From: Bacteroidales bacterium
Lineage (GTDB): Bacteria; Bacteroidota; Bacteroidia; Bacteroidales; WCHB1-69
Assembly: GCA_045130275.1 (NCBI GenBank)
Contig: JBGUPL010000081.1
Coordinates: forward strand, 1,270 to 65,269
Reading direction: 5' to 3'
DNA length: 64,000 nucleotides
The translations under genes were made by a program, and so were the position numbers. The notes beneath the pieces were generated by a model. It was not told where the DNA came from and searched no databases. It was given only the letters and a program-made list of their open reading frames with translations. Every line of letters begins with the position of its first letter. The stretch's first letter is position 1. Shown piece by piece: positions 14,379 to 24,409 of this stretch.

Positions 14379-15884
14379 ATGAATAAAAAGTGGATTCTTG
14401 GGCTTTGCATCCTTTTCGGATGGGCGTTCTGCCAGGCTCAGGACTCCACTTTTTTGCATGATTACAAAATATTTTATTATCCATCCGGCGTGAAGTCGAG
14501 CGAAGGCCGTATGGTCGATGGCAAACCCGATGGCTGGTGGAAATCTTACAATGAAAAAGGCATTCTCGTCTCCGAAGGGAACCGTAAGGATTTCCTCCTC
14601 GACAGTTTGTGGAAATTCTACAACGATGATGCTTCCTTGCGCATGACCGTGCATTACAAGGAGGATATGAAAGAAGGAGAACAGATTGTCTATCAGAAAG
14701 ATGGATACACTGTGACACGCTGGCGGCAGGACACGATTGTCGGCAGTGTGGACACTTACGATACAAACAAGACACGTCGGAAGACGATACCGTATTTTAA
14801 CGGGCTGCCGCACGGGTTGGCCAAGGAATTCAACGACACGGGGCTCGTGGTGGCTGTGACCAAGTACTATCGTGGCATCCAGAGCCGACGGGAGGTCATA
14901 AACCGTACCGACAAGTTCGGTCTCAAGCAGGGAAGCTGGAAGTATTTCTGGGATAACGGTAATTTGAAGGTCGAGGCGCAGTACCTCAACGATAAAAAGC
15001 ACGGTTTTTTCAAGTATTATGACGAGAATGGTGACTTTCTGTACGTGGAGAAATACGAAAACGATCAGTTGGTGAAGGATGCGAAGGAAACCAAGCAGAT
15101 GGAGCGGCGTCAAACCTACCATTCAAACGGGCAGGTGGCCATCGCCGCCACCTACTACAACGGACGTCCTGATGGCGTTCGGCGTGACTTCGACTCCACC
15201 GGCAAGATTATAAACGGCTATCTTTACGAGGATGGTTGGCTCCGTTACGAAGGCATCACCGATCTCAACGGACTGCGGCAGGGTATATGGAAGGAATATT
15301 ACCCTACAGGCGAACTGCGCTCCATGGGCAAATACAAGAATTCCAAGCCGGTAGGGGAGTGGAATTTCTATTTCACCGACAAAACTGTCGAGATAACAGG
15401 TGCTTACAACAACAAAGGTCAGAAAATCGGGGAATGGTTATGGTTTTACCCGACGGGTGATACTATGACGGTGGCCAACTATGAGGATGGCGAATTGGAG
15501 GGGCGTTATGTAGATTATGATGAGGAGGCACACCCGGTCACGCAGGGACAATATACGGCTGGTTATGAAGAAGGGACGTGGCTGTTTAGGAATGGTATGT
15601 CTTATGAGACAGGTCGTTATGAGGGTGGGCTTCGTGAAGGAACCTGGAAATCTTGGTTTGAGAACGGAAAGCAAGCCTCCGAAATCCAATACACAGATGA
15701 TGTCCTGGATGGAAAATATGTCTTGTATTGGGAAAACGGCAATATCCGGTTGACGGGAAAATACGAAAACGGCCTTCAGGAGGGCGTCTGGCAGTCGTAT
15801 GACGAAGAGGGGGCTCAGTCCATAACCACCTTGTTCAAAGCAGGTAAAGAATTAAAATGGAATAATTATACAATAAAAGATTAG
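14379..15884 (+). CDS. MORN-variant / YwqK-like repeat protein
   Basis: Start set at MNKKWILGLCILFGWAFCQAQ. Many G-W-K-Y repeats of about 23 aa (DGWWKSYNEKG, QGSWKYFWDNG, QGIWKEYYPTG, EGTWKSWFENG). Confidence 0.7.
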   Translation: MNKKWILGLCILFGWAFCQAQDSTFLHDYKIFYYPSGVKSSEGRMVDGKPDGWWKSYNEKGILVSEGNRKDFLLDSLWKFYNDDASLRMTVHYKEDMKEGEQIVYQKDGYTVTRWRQDTIVGSVDTYDTNKTRRKTIPYFNGLPHGLAKEFNDTGLVVAVTKYYRGIQSRREVINRTDKFGLKQGSWKYFWDNGNLKVEAQYLNDKKHGFFKYYDENGDFLYVEKYENDQLVKDAKETKQMERRQTYHSNGQVAIAATYYNGRPDGVRRDFDSTGKIINGYLYEDGWLRYEGITDLNGLRQGIWKEYYPTGELRSMGKYKNSKPVGEWNFYFTDKTVEITGAYNNKGQKIGEWLWFYPTGDTMTVANYEDGELEGRYVDYDEEAHPVTQGQYTAGYEEGTWLFRNGMSYETGRYEGGLREGTWKSWFENGKQASEIQYTDDVLDGKYVLYWENGNIRLTGKYENGLQEGVWQSYDEEGAQSITTLFKAGKELKWNNYTIKD

Positions 15885-16020
15885 GCTTCACGTTAAAAAA
15901 AATCGTATCTTTGTGGCCTTGAATTGCGGTCTGTTGATCCCTTTTATGGAAACAGATTTTTCTTTTTTGATGATAAGGATTTACAATATCCTGATCTTCA
16001 ATGTTTTATAATTTTGAAAT

Positions 16021-17652
16021 ATGAGATTTAGAATACTGATAGTTATCTTGTTATGTGGATTAATGTGGAATATGAATGCGCAGAATGGCGGTCCGGCATT
16101 GTCGGATTCTTCGGTTTCCAAGGCCGCGCAGGAGAGTTTGGAGATTTTCACCCGTAACGAGATTCGTCTGATGGATTCCTTGTTGAATGTCTGGTATGTG
16201 AAACGCGACTTGGCATCCCAAAACTCAGTGCTTTCCAAACTCACGGACGACACCACGAAATATGACAACAATGACACGTTGATTTATAAACGGTTGAGTG
16301 CTATCGAGACGCCGATTCAGGTGGCTTACAACGATAAAGTGAAGCGTTTCATCGAACTTTACTCTGTGCAACGCCAGCGTAGCTCTTCCGTGATTTTGGG
16401 TTTGGCGCAGTACTATTATCCCTGGATGAAGGCCATTTTCGACAAGTATGACTTGCCCGAGGAGTTGGTCTATATCACCATTATCGAATCTGCATTGAAC
16501 CCCACGGCTGTCTCTCCGGCGGGTGCCACTGGCATCTGGCAGTTCATGTACGGCACGGGTAAACTTTATGGGCTTGAGGTTACCTCATACGTGGATGACC
16601 GTCGTGACCCTTACAAAGCCACGGACGCTGCCGCCCGCCATTTCCGTGACCTGTACAGAATTTTCGGCGACTGGGGACTGGCCATTTCCGCCTATAACTG
16701 CGGTGCGGGTAATGTCCGGAAAGCCATACAACGCTCCGGCGGCAAAACGGATTTCTGGGGTGTCTATCCTTATCTTCCCCGTGAAACGCAAAACTATTTT
16801 CCGGCCTTTATCGGAGCTATGTATATGATGACCTACCATAACCTTTATGGCATCCAGCCGGCGACAATTTCTATTCCTTTGGATGTGGACACTATCATGG
16901 TAAACAAAGAGACTCATTTTCAACAGATTGCCAATGTGCTGAATGTCAGTTACGATGAAATCAAGTCCCTTAATCCCCAATACAAAAAGGACATTGTCCC
17001 GGCCTTTAACCAACCGATGCCTGTGCGACTCCGTTCCAAAGATATCTTGCAGTACATCGCCCTGGCCGACTCCATCCCGAATTACAACTATGACACTTAT
17101 TTCAACCCGACAAAAGATTTGAACGTAGTAGCTGCGAGTGGTTCGGCGTCCGACGATGGAATGATGATTGTCCAAAAAACACCGAACAAGTATCATACGG
17201 TCAGAAAGGGAGAAACGCTGGGAAAGATTGCCTCCAAATATCGTACAACTGTCGGTAATTTGAAAGCAATGAATCATTTGCGGAGCACGAATTTGCGTGT
17301 CGGACAAAAATTGATCGTGAAAAAAGGCACGACGGTGAAGGTTCCTAATCCGAACGCAAAGCCTACCGCACAAGATTCCACGCAGGTGATCGCCGGCAAC
17401 GTGTCTGCCGACTCCTCTTCCGCAGCGAAAAGTGATACGATAGGCGGTCCCGTGCCTGTCAAGCCGCAACCGGTAATCCAACCTGTCAAGCCGCAGCCGA
17501 GCTATACCTCCTACACGATCCGTCAAGGCGACACCCTGACCTCCATCGCCAGACGATACGGAACTACCGCCAACGATATCGCCCAATACAACAAATTGAC
17601 CAACATGGATGCTATCAAGGCGGGACAGAAAATAAGAATCCCGAAAAAGTAG
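16021..17652 (+). CDS. membrane-bound lytic transglycosylase with two LysM domains (MltD-like)
   Basis: SLT catalytic region IIESALNPTAVSPAGATGIWQFM. Two C-terminal LysM repeats (YHTVRKGETLGKIASKY and YTIRQGDTLTSIARRY). Confidence 0.85.
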   Translation: MRFRILIVILLCGLMWNMNAQNGGPALSDSSVSKAAQESLEIFTRNEIRLMDSLLNVWYVKRDLASQNSVLSKLTDDTTKYDNNDTLIYKRLSAIETPIQVAYNDKVKRFIELYSVQRQRSSSVILGLAQYYYPWMKAIFDKYDLPEELVYITIIESALNPTAVSPAGATGIWQFMYGTGKLYGLEVTSYVDDRRDPYKATDAAARHFRDLYRIFGDWGLAISAYNCGAGNVRKAIQRSGGKTDFWGVYPYLPRETQNYFPAFIGAMYMMTYHNLYGIQPATISIPLDVDTIMVNKETHFQQIANVLNVSYDEIKSLNPQYKKDIVPAFNQPMPVRLRSKDILQYIALADSIPNYNYDTYFNPTKDLNVVAASGSASDDGMMIVQKTPNKYHTVRKGETLGKIASKYRTTVGNLKAMNHLRSTNLRVGQKLIVKKGTTVKVPNPNAKPTAQDSTQVIAGNVSADSSSAAKSDTIGGPVPVKPQPVIQPVKPQPSYTSYTIRQGDTLTSIARRYGTTANDIAQYNKLTNMDAIKAGQKIRIPKK

Positions 17653-17696
17653 TTGTTTTTCGCTGTATCGTACTTGTCTGATACAAATCAGCGGCT

Positions 17697-19220
17697 ATGG
17701 GCGTAGTCATAAAACAGAGCATTAAGGGTACCCTGGTCAATTATTTGGGAATCGTCATCGGTTTCCTCACCACCTTTTTTATTGTTACTAAATATCTGAC
17801 CCAAGAGGAAATCGGCCTCAGTCGCGTGCTTATTGATGCAGGTATTCTGTTTGCCAGTTTCGCTCAACTCGGCACCAGTTCGTCCATTATCCGTTTTTTT
17901 CCCTATTTCAAAGACGAGAACGAAAAACATCACGGCTTTTTCTTTTGGACATTGATCGTCCCAATTGTCGGTTTCTTTCTCTTTTTCATTGTGGCAAAAT
18001 GTTTGGAAGGTACGATAATCCAGACATTTTCGAAGAATTCCGAACTTTTTGTCAATTATTACCGATTTGTATTCCCCTTGTCGGTGTTTATGCTTTACCA
18101 GTCGGTGTTCGAGGCAAACGCCAATGTGCTGATGCGCATCGTCGTGCCGAAATTCGTGCGCGAGGTGGGTGTGCGTGCCGGATTGCTGCTCACGTATCTT
18201 TTATACGGCTATTGGCATGTCATCGACTTGGACGGGCTTATCATAGGGATATGCATTACCTATTTCATTGCTGCGCTCGTTGACTTTTTCTATCTGCTTA
18301 CCTTAGATAAAATTTCATTCAAACCTGATTTCAAGATACTTACAAAACCGTTGTTGAAGGATTTCGGTTTTTACACGCTCTTTATGCTGTTGAATGCGGT
18401 CACAGTGAATGTGATGCCGCTGTTGAACACCTTTTTTGTCAGTGCGGGGATGGGGCTCTCTTTCACTGGTATATATGCTATTGCTAACTACATTGCTACA
18501 GTTGTGGAGATACCGAACCGCTCGCTCAATGCCATTGTGCAGCCGGAAATCTCCGAATCAATCAAGAATAACGATATTCAAAGAGCCGAAAAACTTTGTA
18601 AATCAGTGTCTTTGCACCTGATGCTTTCCAGCGCTCTTATCTTCCTCATTATATGGATTAACCTTGATGCACTGTTCTTGCTGCTGCCCAACGGCGAGAT
18701 GTATGAGGCCGGCAAGAGTGTGGTGCTGATTCTCTGTTTCGCCAAGTTCTTCAATTCCACCTTGTTTGTCAGCTCCAGTGCCCTCAACTATTCCAAATAC
18801 TACTATTGGTCATTGGCATTCACAATAATGCTCACCGCATTGGCTGTCTTGCTTAACGTGCTGTTGATCCCGCGCTTCGGTATGAATGGCGCCGCCATGT
18901 CGCATCTCCTTTCTTATCTGACATTCTACCTCTGTCTTCTGCTCATAGTTCGTCTTAAGATGAATATCAACATTTTGTCAATGGCGCAGCTTAAGGTTTT
19001 GGTTCTTGTCGCGGGGCTGTTATTGCTGAACTTCGGATGGGCAAAAAGCGTAGCTCCGCTGTTTATGAAGCTGCCGTTCTCTATGACGGTTAACGCGATA
19101 GTGGATGCAGTGGTGAAAAGTACAGTCTTGCTTGTCGTCTCCGCCGGGGTTTGTTACTTTTGGAGTATCTCGGAAGAGGTGAACCGTTTATTGCGCAAGA
19201 TGCTTAGGATTAAGCAGTAG
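17697..19220 (+). CDS. polysaccharide/oligosaccharide flippase family membrane protein
   Basis: 507 aa with about 12-14 TM helices, Wzx/MOP-like organisation. Confidence 0.7.
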   Translation: MGVVIKQSIKGTLVNYLGIVIGFLTTFFIVTKYLTQEEIGLSRVLIDAGILFASFAQLGTSSSIIRFFPYFKDENEKHHGFFFWTLIVPIVGFFLFFIVAKCLEGTIIQTFSKNSELFVNYYRFVFPLSVFMLYQSVFEANANVLMRIVVPKFVREVGVRAGLLLTYLLYGYWHVIDLDGLIIGICITYFIAALVDFFYLLTLDKISFKPDFKILTKPLLKDFGFYTLFMLLNAVTVNVMPLLNTFFVSAGMGLSFTGIYAIANYIATVVEIPNRSLNAIVQPEISESIKNNDIQRAEKLCKSVSLHLMLSSALIFLIIWINLDALFLLLPNGEMYEAGKSVVLILCFAKFFNSTLFVSSSALNYSKYYYWSLAFTIMLTALAVLLNVLLIPRFGMNGAAMSHLLSYLTFYLCLLLIVRLKMNINILSMAQLKVLVLVAGLLLLNFGWAKSVAPLFMKLPFSMTVNAIVDAVVKSTVLLVVSAGVCYFWSISEEVNRLLRKMLRIKQ

Positions 19221-19267
19221 AGCCGGGTAAACAACGGAGTCGGCATCGGCGGCACGACACTGTAAAC

Positions 19268-20620
19268 CTACACCTCAAATTTCAGCCGTTCACCTCGGGA
19301 TTCCTCGTTAATCCGCCCGTTTTCGAATACTAAATTTCCGTTGACAAACGTATGGGTCACTTTGGTGTGCGTTGTCATTCCGTCATATGGAGTCCAACCG
19401 CATTTGTAAAAGATATTCTCGTTGGAAATCAGTTCGTTGGCAGCCATATCCACAATAGCCAAGTCGGCAAAGTAGCCTTCCCGGATAAATCCTCTGCGCT
19501 TAATGTGGTACAGTGTGGCCGGATTGTGGCACATCAGTGTTACCAAATCGGCCAAAGTCAACCCGTTGCGTTTGAAATTGTCGGCCATCAGCGCGAAGTT
19601 GTGCTGAATGGAGGGAAATCCTGACTTTGCGGTGAAGTAGCTGTCCGTGAACTTTTCTTCGTGCAGATGAGGGGCGTGGTCGGAACCGATAGTGTTGATA
19701 TAGCCATCTTTCACTCCCCGCCAAAGCGCGAGTTTGTCGTTCGCCGACTTGATGGCAGGATTGCATTTGATGGCAAAGCCGAAATGGGCGTAATCACGGT
19801 CGTCAAACAGCAAGTAGTGAGGACAAGTTTCGGCAGTTATCTTTCTGTCAATCAACGGGATATTGGGGTCGAACAGCAATAGCTCCGCCCGAGTGGAGAT
19901 ATGCATGACGTGTAACCGCGCACCTGTTTTCTTTGCCAATTTCACTGCCTTTTCCGTGGAACGGTAGCAGGCTTCTTCGGTGCGCACGAACGGGTGGATG
20001 CCTGCATCGGGCACTATTTCGTGGTGGTCGGTTAATTCTTTATAATGTTGTGTGTTACGTTTGATGATAACTTCATCTTCACAGTGTGCGGCAATCAGGC
20101 ACGGCGATTCACGGAAGAGCGTTTCCAATACAGCCTCCTTGTCCACGAGCATATTGCCTGTGCTGGAACCCATGAACAGTTTAACGCCGCAAACTTTTGA
20201 GGGGTCGGTTTTCACGATTTCATCAAGATTGTCGTTTGTCGCGCCGATATAGAACGAGTAATTGGCCAACGATTTCTCGGATGCGAGGTCGAATTTTTCC
20301 TGTAAAAGGGCTTGTGTAGTGGTCTGTGGAATGGTGTTGGGCATCTCCATGAAAGAGGTCACACCGCCCGCGACCGCCGCCCGGCTCTCGCTGTAGATGT
20401 CGGCCTTGGCAGTCATCCCGGGTTCCCGAAAATGCACATGTTCGTCTATCACGCCGGGAATCAGATACTTGCCCCTGGCATCGACAACTTGCGCGTTGCC
20501 CGCATCAAAATGGTCATCGTCATGGACAATTTTGGCAATGATACCATCTTTAATATAAAGGTGAGCGCTAAATGTCTCACCTTCGTTTACTATTATTGCG
20601 TTTTTGATGAAATAGTTCAT
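19268..20620 (-). CDS. pyrC: dihydroorotase (amidohydrolase family)
   Basis: Metal site DEHVHFREPG, with CEDE and GSDHAPH. Start set at MNYFIKNAIIVNEG (20620). Confidence 0.8.
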   Translation of the reverse strand: MNYFIKNAIIVNEGETFSAHLYIKDGIIAKIVHDDDHFDAGNAQVVDARGKYLIPGVIDEHVHFREPGMTAKADIYSESRAAVAGGVTSFMEMPNTIPQTTTQALLQEKFDLASEKSLANYSFYIGATNDNLDEIVKTDPSKVCGVKLFMGSSTGNMLVDKEAVLETLFRESPCLIAAHCEDEVIIKRNTQHYKELTDHHEIVPDAGIHPFVRTEEACYRSTEKAVKLAKKTGARLHVMHISTRAELLLFDPNIPLIDRKITAETCPHYLLFDDRDYAHFGFAIKCNPAIKSANDKLALWRGVKDGYINTIGSDHAPHLHEEKFTDSYFTAKSGFPSIQHNFALMADNFKRNGLTLADLVTLMCHNPATLYHIKRRGFIREGYFADLAIVDMAANELISNENIFYKCGWTPYDGMTTHTKVTHTFVNGNLVFENGRINEESRGERLKFEV

Positions 20621-20622
20621 TA

Positions 20623-20670
20623 GTGACTTGTGAATAGTGATTATCATTCTCAATTCATAATTCATCATTA
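20623..20670. repeat. weak heptad array (TGAATAG TGATTAT CATTCTC AATTCAT AATTCAT)
   Basis: 7-bp periodicity in the spacer between the TPM stop and the pyrC start. Confidence 0.45.
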
Positions 20671-21486
20671 GAACCGTCCGCCGGCGCCGCCACCGCCGAA
20701 GCCGCCGCCACCGCCAAAACCACCAAAGCCGCCGCCGAATCCACCTCCGAAGTCGCCACCAAAGCCTCCTCCGAAGCCGCCGCGTCCGCTTCCGTAGTCG
20801 GTCCAGATGTTACCGCCATAATGGGAAGGTGGATAGAAAGTGCCGCCGCCAGTATTTCCGTTGGTGAAGCCGTTTTTGCTGTGTTTGGAGAACCAGATGA
20901 AGACAATGACGATGACGATAATGAAGAAAATAGCCAAGACAAGTTCTGCTGTATCGTCGTCATCGTCGTACAGCCGTTCCACGCTGATTTCACCCGCCGC
21001 CAGCGGCAGAATATAGGCCAATGCAGAATCAATCGCCGCATTGTAGTCGCCTTCACGCAGGGCGGGCATCATCTTCGTTTCAATGATGCGTTTCGCAATG
21101 GCGTCGGGTATGGCACCTTCCAAGTCGTAGCCGACCGAGATATAGACTTCACCGGAGGTTTCGTTTCGCGGCTTCAGCAACAGCACGACGCCATTGCGCT
21201 TGTCGGCGGAGCGCACGCCCCATTGGTCGCCTATCTCGTATGCGAACTCTGCGGCCGTGAGGTCTCCTAAGTCATTGACAGTCACCACACAGATTACGTT
21301 GGTGGTGGAATCGTTGAAGGCGACGAGACGGTACTCCTTCTCCCTGATTTCTTCCGGGGTGAGGATGCCGGCAAGGTCGTTGACCAACCGCGGCGGGTTG
21401 GGAGCAGGAGGTATGACATCCTTCCTTCCCGCCGCGCAAGTCCAAACTGCCGCTAGGGCGAATAATATGATTATCAGGCGTTTCAA
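20668..21486 (-). CDS. TPM-domain protein with TM helix and Gly/Phe-rich tail
   Basis: TPM pattern (LVNDLAGILTPEE...VVTV), a TM segment and a GGFGG-rich C-terminus. Apparent TTG start directly before the signal peptide. Confidence 0.75.
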   Translation of the reverse strand: MKRLIIILFALAAVWTCAAGRKDVIPPAPNPPRLVNDLAGILTPEEIREKEYRLVAFNDSTTNVICVVTVNDLGDLTAAEFAYEIGDQWGVRSADKRNGVVLLLKPRNETSGEVYISVGYDLEGAIPDAIAKRIIETKMMPALREGDYNAAIDSALAYILPLAAGEISVERLYDDDDDTAELVLAIFFIIVIVIVFIWFSKHSKNGFTNGNTGGGTFYPPSHYGGNIWTDYGSGRGGFGGGFGGDFGGGFGGGFGGFGGGGGFGGGGAGGRF

Positions 21487-21503
21487 GACTGTTGAGGTTT
21501 CAG

Positions 21504-22103
21504 TTAGTTGAAGTTGAATTCCACTTCGGGAGCTTTGTCAGCACCTTCGGAAGCCTTGAAATAGCCTTTCTTGTCAAAGTTGAACAGCCCGGCAATGATA
21601 TTGTTCGGGAAACTGCGGATATAGCTGTTGTAGTCGTTTACAGTTTCGTTGAATTTGCCGCGTGCCACAGCGATGCGGTTCTCCGTACCTTCCAACTGGG
21701 CCTGTAGTTCCAGAAAGTTTTGGTTAGCCTTCAGCTCAGGATAGCGTTCTACAACCACCATCAAGCGGCTCAAGGCAGAACTCAGCTGGTCTTGTGCGGC
21801 CTGGAACTTGGCGATCGATTCTTCGGTGAGGTTGCTAGGATCCACTTGTACGGACGAGGCTTTTGCGCGGGCGTTGATCACAGCCTCCAGGGTTCCTTTT
21901 TCATAGTCGGCCGCCCCTTGCACAGTCTTTACCAAGTTGTTGATCAGGTCCATACGGCGTTGGTAGGCGTTCTCTACGTCAGCCCAAGCTTGCGAGCAGC
22001 TTTCGTCTTTCGCAACCATTTTGTTGTACGGTTTCACAAGTATGGCACCCAAAACGACCAGGATACCTAAAATAATCAGGATAGTTTTTAAAATTTTTCC
22101 CAT
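21504..22103 (-). CDS. lemA: LemA family protein
   Basis: N-terminal TM helix plus NKMVAKDESCSQAWADVENAYQRRMDLINNLV, typical of LemA. It sits in the usual LemA-TPM pairing. Confidence 0.85.
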   Translation of the reverse strand: MGKILKTILIILGILVVLGAILVKPYNKMVAKDESCSQAWADVENAYQRRMDLINNLVKTVQGAADYEKGTLEAVINARAKASSVQVDPSNLTEESIAKFQAAQDQLSSALSRLMVVVERYPELKANQNFLELQAQLEGTENRIAVARGKFNETVNDYNSYIRSFPNNIIAGLFNFDKKGYFKASEGADKAPEVEFNFN

Positions 22104-22116
22104 TGTTTTTAAGATT

Positions 22117-23400
22117 TTAATGTGAATATTCTCGTTTGTTTTGTAGAGACGCCTCTGGGCGCGACTCTACGGATTGATGAATTTGTTCATATATAAGGTT
22201 CACCGCGCCCGAATTTTGCTCTACATACTCTTGGCAGATGTCACAGACGTTGTGATAATAGTCAGGATTCTTCTCATTTTCAAATTCTTCCAAAATATCG
22301 GCCATTCTATCGGCGGAATTGACAGAAAATGCCCCTCTCAGTTCCACCAACTGTACGGCTTCGTTGAAATGGTCATAGTGAGGGCCAAAGAAAATAGGTT
22401 TTCCATATACAGCCGCTTCCAGAATGTTGTGCAGCCCAGTCTTGAACGCCCCGCCGATGTAAGAAACGGTACTGTATTGGTAAAGGCGGTTCAAGATGCC
22501 AATGGTGTCGATGATAAACACTTGAGCATCAGTTAAGTTGCTCTCTTCTTTGGACGAGTACAAGGCGGTTTTATATGCGGCGAAGGTTTGCTTCACTTCT
22601 GGGGTTCTGCTGATTTCGTGGGGTGCCACAACCAGTTTATACTCAGGAAAATGCTGCAATAATTGTGCCAGCAACTGTTCGTCCGGTCCCCAAGTGCTGC
22701 CTGCCACGATGACTTTTTTGTCTTGCCGGAAAGTTTCCATAAAATCAAACGGTTGCACTTGCGCGGCAATGGCTTTCACACGATCGAAGCGGGTGTCACC
22801 GCAAACGGTAACTTGCTGTATTTTAATGCTCTCCAATAGCTGCTTCGATTTTTCCGTCTGTACGAAAAAATGCGTGGCTTGCTGCAGTTGCTTGGCAAAC
22901 CAGCGACCACAGGGTTTAAAGAAATGCTGGCTATCTCTGAAAATCGCACTAATATAGTAGAATGGTATGGACTGTTGATGCAATTGTTGCATGAAGTTGT
23001 ACCAAAACTCGTATTTCACAAAAATGGCCGTCTTGGGTTGCACGATGTCGAGGAACTTTCTTGCATTGCGAGGCAAATCCAACGGCAAATAGAAATTGTA
23101 GTCAGCAAGGGGCTTTTTTATGGCCTGCGCATAGCCTGACGGCGAAAAATAAGTTGTAATTATTTCAGTTTCAGGTTGTTCTTGCTTAATCTTCTCAATG
23201 AGCGGTTTGGCCTGTTCGTATTCTCCTAATGAAGCGCAATGCACCCACACCGGGGACTGTTTTCCGGCAAAGGTTTGCTCCAGCTCGGAGAACAAGTCCT
23301 TACGGCCGCGCACCCACTGCCGTGCCTTTTCGTTGAAAAGCGCCGCCACTCGGATGCCGAGCCCGTAAAACCAAATCCCTATGGTGTAGATTAAGCGCAT
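22117..23400 (-). CDS. waaA: 3-deoxy-D-manno-octulosonic acid transferase
   Basis: VWVHCASLGEYEQAKPLIE motif and the overall KdtA pattern. The C-terminal tail runs through a GTAGAGACG-type hairpin. Confidence 0.85.
   Translation of the reverse strand: MRLIYTIGIWFYGLGIRVAALFNEKARQWVRGRKDLFSELEQTFAGKQSPVWVHCASLGEYEQAKPLIEKIKQEQPETEIITTYFSPSGYAQAIKKPLADYNFYLPLDLPRNARKFLDIVQPKTAIFVKYEFWYNFMQQLHQQSIPFYYISAIFRDSQHFFKPCGRWFAKQLQQATHFFVQTEKSKQLLESIKIQQVTVCGDTRFDRVKAIAAQVQPFDFMETFRQDKKVIVAGSTWGPDEQLLAQLLQHFPEYKLVVAPHEISRTPEVKQTFAAYKTALYSSKEESNLTDAQVFIIDTIGILNRLYQYSTVSYIGGAFKTGLHNILEAAVYGKPIFFGPHYDHFNEAVQLVELRGAFSVNSADRMADILEEFENEKNPDYYHNVCDICQEYVEQNSGAVNLIYEQIHQSVESRPEASLQNKREYSH
22143..22170. repeat. 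GTAGAGACG...CTCTAC hairpin (family copy 1, inside the waaA 3' end)
   Basis: GTAGAGACGCCTCTGGGCGCGACTCTAC. Related to 31805-31832 and 59987-60014. Confidence 0.6.
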
Positions 23401-23451
23401 TGTTTTGATTGGTGATTGGTGAGAAATGTTCTATTAACAAAGGTTATATGT

Positions 23452-24306
23452 CTATCGATAATAGAACGTCGTTGTTGTCTTCCGTTCATAAAGCGGGATG
23501 TTCCAGCCGGCTTTGAAGCCGATCATGCCGCTGAATTTAGCTTTCATATTGTCGGTGGGACCTTCGAAAAACACGTAGTTTCGGTTCGGTTTGGTCCATA
23601 TCTCATGAAATTCGAGGCCGATGAACAAGTTCAGCATGCGGTTTTTGCGGACGAACTGGTAGCCTATGAACTGATTGAGTGCGAAACCGCCCGAACGGCG
23701 GTCGTAACCTTTGACATAATTGCCGTCAAGTTGCGGGAACTGGTTACTGTAGTCGTCGAGCCGTAGCCGGTGACTGAAATAGCCTCCACCGATGCGAAGC
23801 CAGATTCCAGAGTTTTTCCATCGGTCAACGGGGATGATTTTGCCGAAATCTGCCTGGACAGTCCAGTAGCGTCCTTCCGCCAAGATGCCACCTGGAGACA
23901 CCAGTCCGTTGCCGTCGATGACGATGCCCTCATCATTGGCCAAGGTGCCGTTGAAGAATGCCGAATCTCGCATGTTGGCGCCAAACATATAGTCGAAATG
24001 GAAACCGACCGTCCAGTTTGACTTTGATTTGAATGTGAATCCCGGCCCGACGGCGAAGTTGCTTTTGAACATTGTACGGAGGTTGCCGAGAGGGAAGTGG
24101 TAGGCGAGGTGAGCATCCAGCCAGATCATCGGGGCTGCCGTGTCAATATAGTCCTTGCTCGAGAAATCTGTCTGATAAACTGGTCTTCTCGATTGAGCGA
24201 CAGCATTCTCCGGCAAGAACAAAGCCAGCGTAACCGCGAAAAAGAGAAAAAGATGCAACAGACAGTAATCTGCCGCATCTTTCTCGGTATGCTTAAAATT
24301 AATCAT
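23452..24306 (-). CDS. predicted outer-membrane beta-barrel protein, unknown function
   Basis: Signal peptide, alternating amphipathic strands and an aromatic C-terminus (TFYYR). Confidence 0.6.
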   Translation of the reverse strand: MINFKHTEKDAADYCLLHLFLFFAVTLALFLPENAVAQSRRPVYQTDFSSKDYIDTAAPMIWLDAHLAYHFPLGNLRTMFKSNFAVGPGFTFKSKSNWTVGFHFDYMFGANMRDSAFFNGTLANDEGIVIDGNGLVSPGGILAEGRYWTVQADFGKIIPVDRWKNSGIWLRIGGGYFSHRLRLDDYSNQFPQLDGNYVKGYDRRSGGFALNQFIGYQFVRKNRMLNLFIGLEFHEIWTKPNRNYVFFEGPTDNMKAKFSGMIGFKAGWNIPLYERKTTTTFYYR

Positions 24307-24330
24307 AAATCTGATCTGAATAATAAATAC

Positions 24331-24409
24331 TTGGCTGTTGGCTTTTAGCTATTGGCTTTAAGTATGAATCACTTGCCAACAGCCAATAGCCAACAGCTAA
24401 TAGCCAAAA
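24331..24409. repeat. inverted heptad arms (TTGGCTGTTGGCTTTTAGCTATTGGC ... GCCAACAGCCAATAGCCAACAGCTAATAGCC)
   Basis: Left arm 24331-24356 and right arm 24375-24409 are reverse complements in 7-nt register. The loop is about 18 nt. Confidence 0.8.

Noticed and set aside
20668-20790. GGFGG-coding repeat as a separate repeat element
   Set aside because: It is the Gly-rich C-terminal tail characteristic of TPM/YgcG-type proteins and belongs to the coding sequence.
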